This document shows, one piece after another, positions 15,064-33,004 of a DNA stretch of 64,000 bases. Made by a program: the position numbers and the translations under genes. A model generated the notes under the pieces. The model was not told the origin of the DNA. It searched no databases and saw nothing but the letters and a program-made list of their open reading frames with translations. This DNA comes from the human T2T-CHM13v2.0 reference genome, Homo sapiens: the NCBI RefSeq assembly GCF_009914755.1, contig NC_060937.1; one strand, written 5' to 3'. Numbering within the stretch: the first letter of the stretch is position 1; each line of letters starts with the position of its first letter.

Positions 15064-15502
15064 ATAAGGGATTTTAATTGCATAAGCTGATACTTTTCCT
15101 TGACTAGTTTAACTTTTAAAATAATTTTAGATGTGAGGAAAAAAATGGTGAGTCTATTATATTTTTAAGAAAAACTCAGAGATAGAAATATATAGGCAAA
15201 CAGACATGAGAAAAAAAACCCATAGGAAAAAAGCTGTCCAAAATATAATGCACTGTACTTTTAAAATGTGAGCTATAGAAACTAATGCTTTATGACCCAT
15301 GATATAAATTTCACAATAAAAGCTTTTTGGTTTTTCAGTATCTAAATTCTTCCTGATGAAACCTCTCGTGTACCGATCTTATCCAAAATTCTGCTCTATA
15401 ATGAAATTTATTTCAGTTGAATTCAGAAATACTTTAATTTTATTTTAACATCTATAATTACTTTGATGTGGTAAAATTTCTCTATTTTGCCAAATATTGT
15501 TA

Positions 15503-15903
<401 letters not shown>

Positions 15904-16327
15904 CTAATATTTATTTTTCATATTGTGCTAGACACTAAGGCAGGTGTTTTATTTCCATTATTTAATCTCAATACTACTACAATGCAGGTATTATTCTTCC
16001 CAATCTACAGATAAGTCTCAAAGTGGTTAAATAATGATCTGCCAGTGTCTTAAAGTCAGCATGTGGAACAGCAGGTATCCAAAGCTAAGTCTGTTTGACT
16101 ACAAAACTTCCTACTACTCCTGACTTTAAGAAACATTATGCAAAAATATAATATAATGTGGTACAACATTAGGTACGTAGTAGGTACTCCATAAATATTT
16201 AAGTACCATATAAAGGATAACTTACAAATAGCTATAGGTAACAAACAAAATTCATGGAATACTCTTCACTATTTTAACTACATAATAATACCTCTTATTC
16301 ACAATAGAAACATTCAGTTGAAACTAC

Positions 16328-16459
16328 CTTTAAAGGAACCACTTTGTCAAGTCTGATCTCAGCTATATCACTGGGTGAGTCATCCGTTGTGTACGTTCCT
16401 TTCACTAATTCCAGAGATGTCCATCTGTGGGAATGAGTTGAATCTCCTGCATGTTCACT
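16328..16459 (-). CDS. MYCBP2: MYCBP2 coding exon (PHR2)
   Basis: T12-ag/GTAGTT; 132 nt; SEHAGDSTHSHRWTSLELVKGTYTTDDSPSDIAEIRLDKVVPLK. Confidence 0.96.
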
Positions 16460-17071
16460 CTAAAAAAAAAAAATGAAACACAAAAATTCCAACAGACTCT
16501 TAATTTTATTGTATGAACAATTTTGATTTATAATTATTATTTTTAAAATTTATTTTCTTGAATATAAAATTAGCCATTAGTATTTTCCCATACATACGAA
16601 AGAAAAAGTTGGGGGTACTATATACATTTTTATGTGATTTCTTGAGAAGACTACAACATAAATAAGCTTTTCTCATCTGATGACTTAAACTATTTCTACT
16701 TCTTCACATTTATAAAGCCTAATGAAGTAGGGAATAAATTCAAATTAACTAGTGAAAGGAATCAAGTTAGAGATAGAGATAGACTTGCTATTTAATAGGC
16801 AATGATTTACATGCTACCCCATCTGTCCCATTTTAATAAAACTCAGGTACTTTAATTTTAGAGAATATAGAAAGATATAGCTCAATCAGTCAACAAATAG
16901 TGTCTTCACTAAGAATCACCCATTAGTACTCTATGACATAGTCCATCTCAACATTGTGTTTCTTGAAAAATGACAATATAAAAAAAAAAAAAAACTACTC
17001 AAGACTTGTCATCAGGGACTTAGCTAAACACTTTTAGTCTTTAATTCTACTTTAAATCTTTCTCTTTCTGA

Positions 17072-17448
<377 letters not shown>

Positions 17449-17578
17449 AGTCTTTTTCAATTTCTTTAGTGTCATTCATCAGTGATTGATCTAGTAAACC
17501 CCTGAACATACTATGACAATGGTAAATCCTGATACACAACCCACTAATCAGGATAAATACTAAAAGGGTGATACTTAC

Positions 17579-17785
17579 ATCATCAACCAACACCTCTAAT
17601 TCATATTCATGAATTCCACCTCCTCCATAGACAGAGAAACCAACCACAACTATTCCAGGTTTGTCTACTGAAAAACAGATTGCATCAGGGGACCCGTTCC
17701 CAGTGTTCCAACTTCTGCCCTGACTTGTTTTTGTAAATCGGTTAGCACTAGCTTTTACAGAGTGAAGAGAATTAAGTCCATCAAC
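17579..17785 (-). CDS. MYCBP2: MYCBP2 coding exon (start of PHR2)
   Basis: ttcacag/GTAAGT; 207 nt; VDGLNSLHSVKASANRFTKTSQGRSWNTGNGSPDAICFSVDKPGIVVVGFSVYGGGGIHEYELEVLVDD. Confidence 0.97.
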
Positions 17786-19957
17786 CTGTGAACAATAAAA
17801 GCAATTGTATCAGTAGTTGGTATACCTTTAACAAAACCATCCAAAGGTTTCTAAGAAGTCTAATAAAATAACCTTTATTTAATAAGTGGATATAAACATT
17901 CCTAAAGGTATGTTCTACTGAGAGATTAACTCACAATAAAACCAGATTTTATCATTCTAAATTCACAAATCAATGTCACTTGACAGTATTTTCTTCCTTT
18001 AGCCATATGAAACTATACTTTCCACTTAATTTATAATGTCAGAAGTACAAGCTTGTCTTATCAGTCATAATGTATGAATAAATCATCAGACTTTGAAAAG
18101 AGATGCTAAAAATTTCATCGAAATTCTATAGATCAACAGTTTTCAAACTATGCAACACAGAGCTCTAGAAATTCTGCAGAGATAGGTGTGCAAGGAAGAG
18201 GTAAATTTATGGTTCCCCTCTTCAACCAGACTATGTCCTCTCTCCTCTTACCTGTGAATTTGCAAGTAAAACTTCATTTGAAGAAAATGGTCTATACCCT
18301 AAGATTGAATACTACGAATATATACAGTGATATTTTTGTAACAGCATTCAGTATTTGAATACGTACACATACACATGTGCAACTATACTAATTATAGACT
18401 TTCACTAGAGAGAATTAGAGAACTTACTTTGGGTTGAAATCGCTCTTTTTATTTACAAAGCCTACTTCTAATCTAACTTGGCTACAGAATTTTGGGAGAC
18501 TAAATAGATACAAAAATGGAAGTTTATGATTCTAACAAAAATTGCAAACTTCTCTGAGAAAGAAATATTCATCTCTAAGCCAGGACCTGTGGGAACTCCC
18601 AAAGTTGTATACCAGGCACCCTGTAACTTTTGGTATTCCTTTTCATTGGAAAGGTAAGTTTAAAGGGGAGAACTCTTTAGTAAACTTTGGAAGGGGATCT
18701 ACACATTATAGACTTTCCTGCATCCTGCAGAGTATACTATCAAAGGAAGGTATTATAGACTAAATGAGTAAATGTAAAAAGTTAAAAAATTTCTGACAAG
18801 GGCTTCAATCGTCTCTGAGGCCAAACTCAAAGTTAACCAAGAAACTTAGAAAGTGCTTCCCAGGATGAGAGACTAAAATTAGCTCAAGTGTATGCGATGA
18901 ACCATATGTATGCGAATTTCTTACGTATGAATTTCATACAATGAAATTCTAAAGGCTAAACTGTCACAATTAATCAATAATGTGTATATATTGGATGGGT
19001 TAATTCAGAATAGGTGTTAAAATAAATTTTTTAAAAAAAGCAAAGATTAGGAATTATAAAAGTAAAATAGAGAAAAGAAGTTCCTTGACAAGAACTTGGG
19101 AGCTAGGGCCACTGAATATATGCTGATTATTAAACATTCATTTGAATGATGTAAGATATTTCATATTAGGACATGATTTTCCAAACCAATCTACTGTCTG
19201 TTTTTTAGGAGGAAAAAACAGAAACATTCCCCAAATTCAGTCAAAACATTCAGTTAAGTTATAAGAAAGAGTAAGGCAGTGAAATGGAATAATGTTACTT
19301 TACAAAATGTAAAGGCACTTTCAAAGTGATTTTCTCAAACATAATATTTGAGACTTTGAAAACTTTGTGATAATGTACAACTAAGTACAACAAAGTGAAT
19401 GCATTTAATGCCACTGAACTGTACACGTAAAAATGATTAGAATGGCAAATTTTATATTATGTATATTTTACTATAATTTCAAAAAACCTGTGATAGAGGT
19501 GAAATAAAAATTATTATTCCAATTTTAAGTATGTATTTCTCTAGGGTCGGTTGAGTGGGCAGAGCTGAAGTCTAAACCTCATTACCTTTCCCACACTATG
19601 TGTGCACTATGAGTAGGGCCTGACTTCAGCAATGTTACTCATCTTCCAGCAGTGAGAACTATCTTTGCTTTTCACGGGGCATGGTGGTGGGCTTGTGCAA
19701 TGGGGCAGATGACGACCTGCTCTATGAGGAAAATGTATACTTTATATTCCTGTGGATGCTGGGTAAACTGGTGAGAGAGAAGTAACAAATCAGAGAAAGT
19801 AGGAGGTAGAGAGAAAGGCAAAAAAGAAAAACAATGCATTGGGGTTGCTAATCCAATCTGAAATTAGCTTCCACAAAGCCAAAATAGTTGAAAAAAGAAA
19901 CTGTGTAAAAAACTTACACATGTGCTTTTTATCCAGTGTCAAAATATAATGTATTAC

Positions 19958-20149
19958 CTCAGATCCCAGGGCTGACGCTGTCAGTTCACTGACAATGCTG
20001 GCCAGTAATCCACAGGTGTTAGAGACGAGGTGGGAGGAGAAGAGTTCATTTTCTCTCCTCAGGCTGTTCCTGACTGGTAGCACAACAATGACCAGCATTT
20101 TCTCCAGAACTTCACGGAAGCTTGTCATCCCTGAGATATTCTCTTCACT
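19958..20149 (-). CDS. MYCBP2: MYCBP2 coding exon
   Basis: atcgcag/GTAATA; 192 nt; SEENISGMTSFREVLEKMLVIVVLPVRNSLRRENELFSSHLVSNTCGLLASIVSELTASALGSE. Confidence 0.95.
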
Positions 20150-20420
20150 CTGCGATACATAAGAAAAAGTTCTAAGGTATTGTTTTATTTTCCTTCATAG
20201 GAGTACTCAATTTGAAAACCTTGTCTTTCTGATACTCTTAAAATTCAGACTTGAATCAGGGTCAATTTCTACAAATCTTTCTGGTTATATGTGGAGCCAC
20301 TTTTCACTTAGAAGTTCTTTTTTGAATTATCTGTCTCTGCGTATCAAAGTACCATACATTTACGAAATGTTTTTATTAGCTTTGAGTCCTATTTTATTCT
20401 CTTATTTAACTTTCAATTTA

Positions 20421-20900
<480 letters not shown>

Positions 20901-21531
20901 TTATAATTTCTACTGTATTTGTTTTCCTAAGTGGAGATAAGAAAATTCCAACCCCTACCGGTAGAAAAATTTCAAGAAGTCACAGAGTCTCAATAAAGGA
21001 AAAATACTTTATTTTTCAGAAAAAAGGGAAAAGATGATTAATTTAGCTGATTTCCAGCATGAAAATGATTTATGTGAATGTTTCCTATACCTATTATTTA
21101 CAGTGCTTATTTTAATATACCAAAGTGTTATTAAGTAGATATTTTAAAAATCCTTTATTTTCTTATTGTTCTATCTTAGAAATCTAAAATATTATATTAG
21201 AATGTAAAGTATCTGCAACTTACCTTCAAATGGTTCAGGAAAAACAAATATGTAGGTATTCATTGTATAACTCTCAAATTTTTTTAAAGGTGTGTGATTA
21301 AACCGTTAGAGCAAAAAAACTTCATTTTATAGGTAAATATGAACATTTTTCAAAAATATTTAAAATAATCATTTTGTAAATATACTTAAAAATAGAGAAG
21401 AATAAGCACCAAGCTAAATACGCTTAGCTTGGTGTGTTTATAGTTTTATTGCCTCTGTATAAAAGAGGCAATAAATAAAACCATTTAGAGTTTTAGTGCC
21501 TCTGTATAAAAGATTTCAGAGACAGACCTAC

Positions 21532-21753
21532 CTGGCTGAGTTTTTCCATATGTGCCACCAAAAGGGGAAAACGATGAACTAGTGTTGAGTCGTTCTCTGT
21601 ACTAACTTGTTTAACAATTGATCGTAGTAATACTTCTCCATCATACGCAATCGGGAAGATGGAAGTCAGCTTAACAGACGTGTGACACAGAGCTGACATA
21701 ACAGCTGCAAGGAGTCGGCTACTTGATGTCTTGAAGTTTGCTTCTTGGATATC
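21532..21753 (-). CDS. MYCBP2: MYCBP2 coding exon
   Basis: tttttaaaag/GTAGGT; 222 nt; DIQEANFKTSSSRLLAAVMSALCHTSVKLTSIFPIAYDGEVLLRS...MEKLSQ. Confidence 0.95.
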
Positions 21754-22609
21754 CTTTTAAAAACAAAAATATGGCCCCCCAACCAAAAAATATAGCATCA
21801 GTATAATCTAAGTTTCTGAATACATAAAAGGTAAACCATCTTTTAAATTATACCAAAATTTTCTGTCACTCTGTCATTTAAATTGTCTTGTTATAGAATA
21901 ATACTACATCTATATATTTAAAAAATTGTTTAAGTTTCTATTCAATGAAGATGAAAAATTAAGTCTGGTCAAGAAAAATCAGGCTCCTGTCCTCTAGTAA
22001 ATGAGCATTTTTATATTTTCATATCCTCACAATCACAGTACTCTCTAGCACTGTTTCAAAGGGAGATGCCAAAAAGGCCCCAATTAGAATGTATCTAAGG
22101 TATTTTCAATAAGGACTGAGACTATTTTTCTCAAATAATAAATGATGCAAATTATAAATCTGTGCTATTACAAGCACATTTCACTAAGGTCACAAAATTA
22201 TATTATCACATTCCATAATTTACCAAGAAAAATTAGTAGCATACTTACAAAATTTTATAAAAAAGCATTAAAGCCAACACATGATATCCTAATTCACAAA
22301 ATTGTGTACACATTACCTAGTCCTTCAAACATCTGTGTTACAAAGTTAAGCATAAAAGCAGAGTAACATTCCATATGTTAAACCAACATTTGCTAAATCT
22401 AGCCTGTTCTGTAGCAAAGAAGAAAAGAACCATATCAGACTGGGAAGGTTCAGAGTGAGAGAGTAATTAAGTTGTGCACTAGTCCAGGCAATAATCTTGC
22501 CCCTGGAAATTGAGTGGTAAAACATACTACTCTGCTACATGGATGCAAAGTTGCCTGGGATGCATTAGTGATGACAATGATTTTTTTCACGAAGGAGGGC
22601 GGGGAGGCC

Positions 22610-24540
<1,931 letters not shown>

Positions 24541-24934
24541 CCTCATGAATGAATGAACAATGCTAGTATGACTGTTCTCTCAGCTCTCTCTCCTTCCTGT
24601 TCTCACAGATGAGGGTGGCGGGGGCCTCCTGGTGCTATCCCTGCTCTCCCCTGGTCACTATGGTTCTTTTCCTCTCTCCCTCTCTCAGAATCACTCACTC
24701 CAATTCAAAAACCAATCAGCAACTGCACAATGTGCCTACCAATTTTGTAACTAAAAGATGATGAAGCAGATTTAAAAAATTTTAAACTTTGCTTATATAA
24801 GTCATGTACACCGAATGATTTCCTAATTTATCTTTTATACAAGTTAAGAAGATATGGCAACTGCAATTTATTTTCTTGAAGAGTATTAAGCAATATATCA
24901 GATTTTCAACTAACATTTTACAAACTTAAATTAC

Positions 24935-25209
24935 CTGATCCAAACAATTCAGCAGATCACAAAGGCAAGCCCACTGTAAGGCAGGAGTTGGGTAGAAAGA
25001 ATGAAAGCAGGCAGTGAAAGTATTATGACATTCCTGAAGGACAGCTTCTAGAAGACTCAAGGGTTGACTGAGATATCCTTGAGGATCATTATCCAATTTC
25101 ACCATGCAGTGATCAACTCCTTCTGATAAAATTTTTCTTAACAAAGTTCTGGTTTTTCCAATACACTCTGCTAATTTGCTAGTTTCTTCTACAACTGCTT
25201 TTCCTGTAG
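24935..25209 (-). CDS. MYCBP2: MYCBP2 coding exon
   Basis: ccctcaaag/GTAATT; 275 nt; ATGKAVVEETSKLAECIGKTRTLLRKILSEGVDHC...LLNCLDQ; start could alternatively be 25203 (in-frame CAG). Confidence 0.93.
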
Positions 25210-25702
25210 CTTTGAGGGGGAAAAAGCAGATTGGTAATTAAGCAAAATATTAAATATGCATGAAAACAATCAATATAATTCAGTAATTCCCTATACAGCT
25301 AAGTATCACAAGTACTAATATCTTAGAAATGAAACAACTTAGAGATTAAGTGTAGTCCCAATTTTTAATCTAAATGGAAGGGGGAATAAAAACCTAGTTT
25401 CAGCATTTAAGTCCAAATTGCTTGTTCAAAATATTTCTATTTGACAGAATTTGTTTAAAATTAAACTTTATTAGATTATTTAACTTTGGCCCACTATTAC
25501 TTTTTGTATCAGAATGACATGTAATCTATTTTACTCTTTATAAGCAAATACATAAGCATCATAGCAAGCTGACTTTCTCCCCTCATTTTAGAAGCAGCTT
25601 AAATGCAGCTGGGGGGCATAAACTCTCAGTTATCTCAAAGTAAATCTTCTCAATGTCTCTAATATTTTCTCCCTATAGTCATTTAAAAAAAATGCATCAT
25701 AC

Positions 25703-25895
25703 CTGACACTGGGTAAATTTCACAGGTATAGACACGCAATAACCTCAGACAACAGGTACCCACAAAGCGCAGTCTCTCTAAATCTAGGAGTGTAGCTGTG
25801 AACTGGAATCCTTTTAATCCTCTAAGTTCTTCAACTCCTAAGACTAAGGTGGTCCAGCTCCAGTGAAGAATACTCAACAATGACTCAAAACATTC
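25703..25895 (-). CDS. MYCBP2: MYCBP2 coding exon
   Basis: gattag/GTATGA; 193 nt; ECFESLLSILHWSWTTLVLGVEELRGLKGFQFTATLLDLERLRFVGTCCLRLLRVYTCEIYPVS. Confidence 0.95.
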
Positions 25896-26628
25896 CTAAT
25901 CCAGAATATGAAAAAACAGACAACAATTAATTCAAATGATACCATAAACGGAATCAAATGGAAAGGCAATGGTAGACAACTTCAAAACTTTCTTTTGAAT
26001 TTTTTTACTGAGTTTTTTAATTGAATTTTTTTTACTGAGCCCAAGACACTTTTATAGTTCATTTATTAAATTACCCTCAACAGTAACTTTGAAGTTTGTT
26101 ACAAAAAAGGTAAAGTAGTTAAGCATTTCTAAAAACAACATTCTTCAATATTTACCTATTTAAAAATAAATTTTTCAGTGTTCCTGCTACCCAGCTATCT
26201 AGCTTATCATATAAACAAGGGAAAAATGAGAAGCACTTATAAAACAATGCATGTTTACTTGAAAGAAAAATAAAGCTTTTTACAGTCACTGTAGTAAAAA
26301 ATAAAATAGAGTTTTAGTGTTAGATATCAGTAACAGTATCAAATAACTTATTTTATGTCTATATATTAAAATTTGCAATACAAACTACAGTCAATTTTTG
26401 ATAAATACATTAATAGAAGATAAAAATTGACTAGAAAATACTAAAAAATTCCTATTTTGATTATTTAAAATTCTAGCATATGAGTTTAAGATGGTAGATT
26501 TTCTTTGCAGTTCTAGTCTTCTGGTTTTATCATGGTTAAATGACAACAGATACCACCTGAATCTCAAAGCAGAGCACTTACTGCCCCATTCCCACCAAAT
26601 CCCAGAGCTCCTGAAAACGAGTTTATAG

Positions 26629-26942
<314 letters not shown>

Positions 26943-27596
26943 TATAGTTTACCTTTTAAAGAAATGACTGAATAAGTTTTGTATATAAAGTCTACAATTA
27001 CCTAATGGCCACAAAACCACTTAAACATAAATACAAAGGGGTTACCAAGCACAGAAAAGTGAGATCACTAAAGAAAGCATAACAGAGTCAAAGATCCTTA
27101 TTTGAATCAAAAGATACCAAACTCAACTTAAGACTAATAGGATGCAAAGTTACCAAGAAGCCAAAGTTCTCATAGTCTTTTATTCAAAGCACAAGCTCTA
27201 CAAACTGCCATGGCTCTTTTGGAAGGTCAACTTTGAGAGGATATACCAAACTTTAAATGGGCATATTTCCAGTAGAAGTATGCACATAAGTACACAAGTA
27301 TTTAAAGATGTATGTGTATAGATGCTCATGAAGCAAGATGAAATAACAAAAAATGAGAATCAAAGTGGTTCTTTGATAGATATCAGATTGAATAAATTAG
27401 AATAATGGTACGCAAACGGAGAAGACTGACAGAGCCAAATGTACTGCCAGGGAAGGATGTCCATGATATATAATACGAAATTTTCTAAAAAAGATGAAAA
27501 CTGTAAGTATCGTAAGAAACAAGCAAGCATGTTGTAGAGCATCCTGTATTTGATACGTACTAATAAGTTTTTTTGCATATAAAAATGGTCTGGGAA

Positions 27597-28007
<411 letters not shown>

Positions 28008-28782
28008 TTAGGATACTTTTATCTCATTCCTACCAGGAATATATATTCACTTGGTGGGTTGAAAAATAAATTTAAAAGGGAAAGAAACATTCTTCCTATG
28101 CATTTTACTAATATGAAAGACTACTAGCTATATTAATAAATCACATTCAGATGGTGCCTTACAGTTCCAAAAACATCTTACACCCCTTATCTCATTAGAA
28201 ATTCAAAATGCTATGATGTAATTTACTTAGGTAACATACGTAAGAATCCTCAATTAATACATGAGAGATCAAGACCTTAATTTATACTTTCATTTATTTA
28301 CATCATGTTGACTTTCCATTCTGCACTGTTAACCTCAATGGCACTGTGCTTCTTCATGTGTACAATGGGGATGGCAAGTGGTTCAACAAACTTCCTAGTT
28401 AGATATGCAACTCTTCCACCTAGTTCCTCAAGTAGTAATCACGCTTTTTTGGGCCAGCACCATCCTTAACTTTTCCTTCATTTTCTAATTCATTCAGCAT
28501 ATGCATTCATATATGATTTACTAGAAAAGCAAATCGTTATTTGTTTCAAAAACAGCAAGGCCAATTCATCTGGTCATGTTAAAATCATAGGCCAACACCT
28601 CCATTTTTCTATGATTTAAAGTATACTTTATCTGTGGTCTAGAATATAAATGTGAATACAAAACCAAATCTGAGTTTATAAATCTAGGCTAAGATAAACT
28701 TACAAGAGCAGCTAAACTCTAAACATCAAAATGTATCTGAGGACTGAAGAGAAAAGCTGAAATTTTTTAAAACATGGCTTAC

Positions 28783-28879
28783 CACTGAGACAGTTCTTGC
28801 AAAAGACCTCTTTAAAATGTGTACAGGTTCACTGGTTTGCTGTTTGCCTTTTGAAGCACTGCCATCACTGGTTGGAAGT
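28783..28879 (-). CDS. MYCBP2: MYCBP2 coding exon
   Basis: ctttag/GTAAGC; 97 nt; LPTSDGSASKGKQQTSEPVHILKRSFARTVSV. Confidence 0.94.
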
Positions 28880-30083
28880 CTAAAGGCAGTAGACACATAT
28901 AAAATTATGTTAGAAAGTCCAATGTCATTTTTTCTTTTTAAAGTATATTATACATTTTTGAATGGGAAAATAAATTATATATTTAAATTTTTTTGCCAGG
29001 TAATGCCAATACAGGGCTTTTTTGAAACATTTTTCCAAGCTAAACAAAGTTTTTAGCATATGGGCACTTCCTTTAAATCCTACCTTCGCAAGACCGAGTA
29101 GTAGAGGCTTTTTCCTCTTCTTAGAGAACATATATAATGTATATAACATATAACTTATATTCTCTAGTAATGCTACTATTAATGCTGTTATTTAAAAGTT
29201 ATTCAACCAGTGAGTACCTGGGAGTAGTCCAATGCAACACGTTATGTTTGTAGAGCTACATATTACAAACAGTAACTATAACAGATTGCACGGTGCATAA
29301 AAACCAAACAAACGAAAAAACCTTTTGGGGAAAAATAATGTTTGTAACCACAAAGTGATTACCAGAAAGAAAGATAGGGAGATAAAATCACAGTTCTAGA
29401 CCATTTCCTTTGATTTTTTACTGCTTAACGAATGACAACATTTTTCAGTAACGGTTTATATCCATTTGAATTCTTTATTCTAAAAGTATTGCAGTAGTCT
29501 AGAAATAAATAAGGTAAACACAGGCATATGCCTTTATACATGCTTAAATTATTGTAAGTTAAAATTTTTCAATAATGTTAAAAATATAGTAAATATTATA
29601 TGAGCAAGTTATTATTTGGTATTTTAGCTAAAGGTGAAAATTTACCAACAGTAGGGAATTTTCCAACTCATTTTATCAGTCTTATGAGACTACAATATAT
29701 CAACCAGGCCTGCATCTATAGTCCTCCCCATCTTCCCTGCAATCTCACTTCTCCAAGACAAATTTTATTCTTTTACAACATTTGAAATTAGTAAGAAAAT
29801 CAATGGATAGATTTTTTTTAAAGTCAGTAAAATATTGTTATTGGTATAATACAGATAATCTGAGTAATCAGGCAAAGTTTAAAGTTAAGCCTGTATGGAA
29901 AATGTTTAAAAATATACAAAATATTAACTGTTTTTGTTAAATATATTTATAGTTCTACCAGCATATTATAATTTGCTGAATGCTTCAAATAATTTCTCCC
30001 TATTATGCCACGTTTTGTAATGATTCTACTTCATTATAGCAAAATAATAAACCATACTAATTCAGTATAAATATGCTAAATAC

Positions 30084-30167
30084 CTGTATAATAACTGAGG
30101 TATCTGACCCGCATTAACATCTGTACCATTATTTGATTTCTTTGAACTCTTGAACTGGAAAACAACC
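30084..30167 (-). CDS. MYCBP2: MYCBP2 coding exon (end of PHR1)
   Basis: ttcttag/GTATTT; 84 nt; VVFQFKSSKKSNNGTDVNAGQIPQLLYR (NGT..GQIP PHR motif). Confidence 0.97.
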
Positions 30168-31510
30168 CTAAGAAGAGAAAACAATGATACCAAAAACAAC
30201 ATGATCATTACAGGAAATAAGAAATTTAAGAAACATGTTTTCAAATCTTATGTCAATGAAAATGATTCACTCTTTTACATAAAGAAAAGCAAAAAGGTAT
30301 TTTCTAGATTTTCATTCTAGCTCTGAATGGGTTAGTCAGTAAAATGAAAGAACTGAACGTGATTAGGACTCCTAAATGAGTAGCTGTCCTGTCCCTCCTA
30401 GCTCTCCAACTCAGCTTTAACCACAGCAGTAAACTTCTAAAATTTCTACTTACAACTAAGTAGTATAATATCTGCTTGACTAGCTGCATGATAAGCTTTA
30501 GCCTCAGTGTGCCATGACATTCCAAGTCTGAATGAACTGTCTATGAAAATCATACAGTCCAGGGTCAAAGTAGTCACTTAGTTCTAAAGACATTCTTAAG
30601 TTGATGCACATAACAACAGATGTGATTTTTCTACAGTAGTCTCCTTGAATATTCAGCAACAGGAAATTCACCTCACAAATAAGTCTATTTCTTTTTTTGG
30701 TCAGCTTTGTTATGAATTGACCTGCACTGGAATATATACTGTTATATAACTTCAACTGATTTCAAATAGTTTATGCTCAGGAGTAATCAAGAATAAACTG
30801 AATTTATCTTACAAATGATAGTCCTTTAGAATACATAAATCATAGTAATAGAATATTGAAATGTTGGATTTAGAGTCAACAGGTTACAGGTCTGACCTTG
30901 GTTTTAACCACATGACTCTCAGGAAATAGCAAATAATTTCACCTTTTTATTTCTCTAGTCCCTGGAGTATAAAATGGGGCTAATAACTGCTTCACAAAGC
31001 TATTGAGGGCATCAAATCAGATAAAATATAAGAATATGAACTGAAAAGTACTCTATACGTGAAAGTTATTTTAAAACAGCAAAATTTTCCCTATATTTTA
31101 TTAAAATAACACACATTGCTGAAGCTTTGAAATTTTAAACTGTTTTCTCATGCACTATCAAATTTAATATCACATATCTACTTCTTTTTTATGGTTCCAA
31201 ACTCCTCATTTTCCTTGTCACCTTCCTCTATATAATTTCTAATTTGGTAATCAAGCTCGTAAACAATGTAATACCCAGAAATATATACAAATACCATCTG
31301 ACAGGAGCAAAGTACAGTGGTCTTATTATCTCCTTGTTCTGTCTAGACCTCAATTTGGCATGAGGTTACATGAATTTAATTTTTAGCAGTTATATTATGC
31401 TCTAGTCTTCCTAAGCTTTTGAATCCTGCTGAAAGTACTCTGAATTTTCAAAACAATATTCCTCTAACAAAAATAAGTATTGCTTAAGTAACACTTGGGC
31501 ATTTACTTAC

Positions 31511-31645
31511 CCATCATCTGTGGTAATAGATGCCTGTCCATGAGATCCACAGTCACTGCTGGGTCCTGACACTCGGGCCCATGCCACATACCACCACCCA
31601 GCTTGCAGGAGAACAGGCTCATCAAACATCATTGCATATTTTTCT
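31511..31645 (-). CDS. MYCBP2: MYCBP2 coding exon (PHR1)
   Basis: ttctcag/GTAAGT; 135 nt; EKYAMMFDEPVLLQAGWWYVAWARVSGPSSDCGSHGQASITTDDG. Confidence 0.96.
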
Positions 31646-32678
31646 CTGAGAAAAAATTAGTGAGTCAAAAACAATATTTTCTTACTTCTCTGTCACATAT
31701 ATTTATTTTTTCAAAATCCCTTGTGAACAAAAACATGAAACTAACTGTATTATAAAATTCTTATCAAACAACATTAAAAACACTCTAAGAAGTCTGGACA
31801 AGAATGCAAGCAAATATAGTTATTTATGTTATGGTGATAGAATTACATTTCTTCCTCCTCTTCTTGAATTCTACAATATCCTTAAATGTTATAAAACTTT
31901 CATATTAAAATTAGAATGTTTTAAACTGATATTAAAAAACATTCAAATTTTGCTGGAAAATAAAAATCTGAACTTTAGTTTTAAAGCTCATTCATTCAGC
32001 TAAATAGTTTTGAAAGGCAGCATATTAAGAAAATGGCCCTGGAGTCAGGCAGCCTGGGTTCAAGGCCCAGCTCTGTGACCTGCTAGCAGGGCAACGCAGG
32101 GCAAGTTACTCTATCCTCTCAGTACCTTAGCTTCTTCACCTGAAAACTGTGGTGAAAATAATATCCTGCTCATAGAGTTGTCCTTTAGAATGAATTAAGT
32201 CAGATAGGTGTTTGGAGTCTGTCACATAATATCTATACAAACATTATTAATTTAGAAGAAGAAAAAAGACAATAAATAAGGGCATCTTCTAAAGGATATA
32301 AACAAGTTACAAAGTACTAGGTAACAGAGTGGAAGGAATGTTTATTGGTTGTAGCTGGAATTGAAAGAAGAATAAAGGGCATTTAAAGAAGCAGGAGAAT
32401 GTCATGAAAAAATCTGTAGAGGTATGGAAGTACAAAAGAGGTCAGGAAATGACAAGGTGTTCATTATTAATTTCATTAATGCATTAAGACAGCTGTAGAA
32501 GAGTAGTGGTAGAAAGTCAAAAAAGATGCTGGATGTTATGGAAATCCTTCAATGCTCCCAATGCCTTAGGAGTCTGGGCTTTGTATATAAGCTAATGAAG
32601 AAATCCTAGACGATTCTCTATAAATGAAACTGTGCTTTATATTTTCGACTCAAACTCATATGGTCAAAAACAAATGGC

Positions 32679-33004
<326 letters not shown>

